38,711 bases of DNA from an uncultured archaeon (GTDB lineage: Archaea > Hydrothermarchaeota > Hydrothermarchaeia > Hydrothermarchaeales > CAZSVW01), in contig CBFDVL010000001.1 of the NCBI GenBank assembly GCA_965613365.1, positions 1-38,711 of the forward strand, in the 5' to 3' direction. The translations under genes were made by a program, and so were the position numbers. Within the stretch, counting starts at the first letter, position 1. The number at the start of each line of letters is the position of its first letter. This document shows, piece by piece, positions 36,469-38,711 of this stretch. The notes beneath the pieces are model-generated. The model worked only from the letters and a program-made list of their open reading frames with translations. It was not told the origin of the DNA and did no database searches.

Positions 36469-37244
36469 GAGTCAGGGAGTACATGTCAAAAAACGTTATT
36501 ACCGTAAAACCCGAACAGAGCTTGGATGAAGTGGTAAAATTAATGAAAGTTAGCAAGCACGATGGCTTTCCAGTAGTTGACAATGGAAATGTCGTAGGAA
36601 TGATAACCACAAGAGATATTCTTCTTAAAAAAGGGAAAACTGTTAAGGATGTAATGTCAAAGCAAGTTGTGGTGACCTTTCCGGAGGTAAAAATAATAGA
36701 TGCAGCAAGGGTGATGTTCAGAGAGGGATTCTCAAGAATACCGGTGGTGGATAAAGAAACTAAAAAGCTCGTAGGAATAATAACGAACACCGATGTTATA
36801 AGGTCGCATATAGAAAGAGCAACTCCAGACAAAGTAAAGAAGATCGCAGAATCCTTGGAAAAAATATATGGGGTAAGAACATTAATAAGAACACGGGAGG
36901 TAAAACTCAACGAGCTAAGACCTACTCAGAATAAAATCTCCCCCGATGAATTTAAGGGTAGAGAGTATGAAATCAAGCGTGGCTTGGCAGAGCCAATTAT
37001 AGTAATAAAAACTGGAAATAGGTTAATCTTAGTAGATGGGCATCATCGCGCTCTCGCTGCAAAAAAGCTTGGCATAGAAAAAATAAAGGCTTACGTCATC
37101 GCTCTAAGCAAGGACATAGAGCTTGGATTAGAAAAAACCGCAAAACTAATGGGGCTTAACTCACTTGATGATATTAAAGTTGTGGAAGAAGAATACAGCG
37201 GGGTTGCTGAAATAATAGGTGGAAAAAATGAAGATTCTGGATGA
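36465..37244 (+). CDS. CBS-pair domain fused to a ParB/Srx-like domain.
   Basis: Two CBS repeats are present ([17 protein letters not shown]...GFPVV; [16 protein letters not shown]...RIPVV). They are followed by LRPTQN...[27 protein letters not shown] (ParB-like DGHHR). Confidence 0.7.
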   Translation: MRVREYMSKNVITVKPEQSLDEVVKLMKVSKHDGFPVVDNGNVVGMITTRDILLKKGKTVKDVMSKQVVVTFPEVKIIDAARVMFREGFSRIPVVDKETKKLVGIITNTDVIRSHIERATPDKVKKIAESLEKIYGVRTLIRTREVKLNELRPTQNKISPDEFKGREYEIKRGLAEPIIVIKTGNRLILVDGHHRALAAKKLGIEKIKAYVIALSKDIELGLEKTAKLMGLNSLDDIKVVEEEYSGVAEIIGGKNEDSG

Positions 37245-37506
37245 AGTTTTTGAGGTAATAAAGGATAGAAAGAAAAATCCAAAGGAAAATTCATACGTTT
37301 GCTCACTTTTTAGCAAGGGTGAAAATAAAATCTTGGAAAAAATTGGAGAAGAAGCTGTTGAGCTTATCTTAGCTTCTAAGGAAAATAAGAAAGAAGAAAT
37401 AATTTATGAAACAGCGGACCTTATTTTTCATGTTTTAGTTTTGCTCGGCTACAAAAACATAGAGCTCGAAGAGATTTACGGGGAGCTTAGAAGGAGAAGA
37501 CGGTAA
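37228..37506 (+). CDS. hisE: Phosphoribosyl-ATP pyrophosphohydrolase.
   Basis: Contains SYVCSLF...[16 protein letters not shown]...[15 protein letters not shown]. The ATG at 37228 follows AGGTGG and overlaps the upstream gene by 17 nt. Confidence 0.8.
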   Translation: MKILDEVFEVIKDRKKNPKENSYVCSLFSKGENKILEKIGEEAVELILASKENKKEEIIYETADLIFHVLVLLGYKNIELEEIYGELRRRRR

Positions 37507-37539
37507 AATTTTTATTATGCGTAGTAAATTTTTTCTCTC

Positions 37540-38640
37540 ATGAATTATGACGTTGCTATAATAGGCGGAGGAGTCTGTGGTCTTATAGCTGGAAAGGAGA
37601 TAGCTAAGGAAAGCTATGACGTTTGCATAATCGAAGAGCATCAAGACGCTGGAATACCTACGCACTGCTCAGCTTTATATAGCATTCGTGGTTTAAAGCA
37701 AGTAGGTATAAAGCTTGAGGATGAGCTAATAGCCAATATTATCAGAGGGGGAAGATTTTATTCTCCCAGCGGTAAGGAAATCTTCGCTTATTCAAGGCAA
37801 GACAGAGCAATAGTAACAGAAAAGAAAATGTTCGATAAATACTTAGCGAGAGAAACTGCGAGGGCTGGAGCTGAGATAAAATTCAGAACTATTGCAAAAG
37901 ATGTAGAGATAAGCGACGAAGTTAAAGTAAAAGTAGAAGGCTTGCATAAAGGTTTGATAAAATCCAAGCTTTTAATTAATGCCGAAGGGCTAAAAAGAAG
38001 AATAGCAAAGAAGCTTGGATTTAAAACTTTTGAGAAGTTTGTAACTGCTTGTAGAGTTGAGGTTGAGAAGATAGAGGTCGAAGAGGATGTTGCTGAGATG
38101 TATCTTGGTAATGAATTTGCTCATGGTTTCTATGCTTGGATTTTGCCCAAAGGTGATGTTTACGAAGTTGGCTTAGGCACAGCCAAAGGAAACCCTTGGG
38201 ATTATCTCTTAGAATTTATGAAAAACAATAAAAAAATAAAAGGTAAAAGCATGCTTGAAGTAGCACGAGGTTTTATACCCACAGACTACCCAAGTGAAAG
38301 CGTGAAAGAAAAGGTTTTGTTGGTAGGAGATGTTTGCGCTCAAAACAAAGCCACCACTGGTGGAGGAGTTATAACAGGTGGCATATGCGCAAAGATAGCG
38401 GGAGAAGCTTGCATAAAGGCTTTAAGTGAAGAAAATTTTTCAAAAGATTTTCTTAAGCGAGAATACGAAAACAAGTGGAGAGAGGAAATTGGAAAAGAGC
38501 TTGAAATACATGCGATGCTTAGGGAAGGATTCAACTCCCTGAGCGATGAAGAGATAGATATGCTATTCGACATAGCAATGAGCGAAAATCTCCAAGACGT
38601 GCTGATAAAGCTCCCAGACACGGATAGACCTTCTGAATTT
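37540..38640 (+). CDS. Geranylgeranyl-reductase-family FAD flavoprotein. Partial: the C-terminus is cut by the adapter.
   Basis: MNYDVAIIGGGVCGLIAGKEIA... (GxGxxG), THCSALYS and LLVGDVCAQNKATTGGGV. The frame is open for 367 codons up to the adapter junction. It is not in the ORF track because no stop is reached. Confidence 0.8.
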
Positions 38641-38711
38641 CTGTCTCTTATACACATCTCCGAGCCCACGAGACTAGGCATGATCTCGTATGCCGTCTTC
38701 TGCTTGAAAAA
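38641..38711. other. Illumina Nextera adapter read-through (library artefact).
   Basis: CTGTCTCTTATACACATCT (Tn5 mosaic end) + CCGAGCCCACGAGAC + TAGGCATG (8-nt index) + ATCTCGTATGCCGTCTTCTGCTTG (P7) + AAAAA. Confidence 0.98.

Noticed and set aside
36395-36910. 171-aa minus-strand ORF.
   Set aside because: It is antisense to the CBS-ParB gene, which has clear domain motifs.
38340-38681. 113-aa minus-strand ORF starting MPSLVGSEMCIRDR.
   Set aside because: Its start and first 14 codons are translated adapter sequence. The rest is antisense to the well-supported geranylgeranyl-reductase frame.

Overview
An AT-rich archaeal contig, probably assembled from a metagenome or single cell. Both ends carry Illumina Nextera adapter sequence (1-43 and 38641-38711), which must be trimmed. 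The archaeal call rests on a histone-fold protein, an RFC large subunit, an Mre11-Rad50-NurA-HerA operon, a geranylgeranyl reductase, GGAGG-type ribosome-binding sites and many overlapping start/stop codons. The K/E/I-rich proteins suggest a thermophile; HdrA/MvhD-type flavoprotein genes suggest an anaerobe.

Content, left to right:
- two tandem MBL-fold hydrolases and a small Cys protein
- a degraded IS4/IS5-type transposase that has truncated the HEPN toxin of a HEPN-MNT pair
- a four-gene HdrA-like/MvhD cluster with an internal, 100% identical 233-bp repeat
- a 37-bp palindromic bidirectional promoter, followed by a LarE-like PP-loop gene on one side and thiI, fdhD, a GcvH-like lipoyl carrier and a TorD-chaperone::molybdopterin-oxidoreductase fusion on the other
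- a six-gene, tightly packed (translationally coupled) operon: mre11-rad50-nurA-herA-XPD-like helicase-Nudix
- a thioredoxin reductase that lacks NADPH-binding motifs
- a Roadblock / DUF4388-like / V4R / MglA-like small GTPase / MinD cluster
- gyrB, a wHTH regulator, rfcL, pyrC, a histone, a small Zn-ribbon ORF, an aminotransferase and an Lrp/AsnC regulator
- a GC-rich structured RNA of unresolved identity
- a DUF504-like gene, a CBS-ParB fusion, hisE and a partial geranylgeranyl reductase

The best candidates for undescribed biology are (a) the Roadblock-GTPase-V4R-MinD cluster and (b) the cytoplasmic Mo-enzyme/sulfur-carrier/HdrA-MvhD supercluster. All family assignments come from motif reading by eye; no database search was run.
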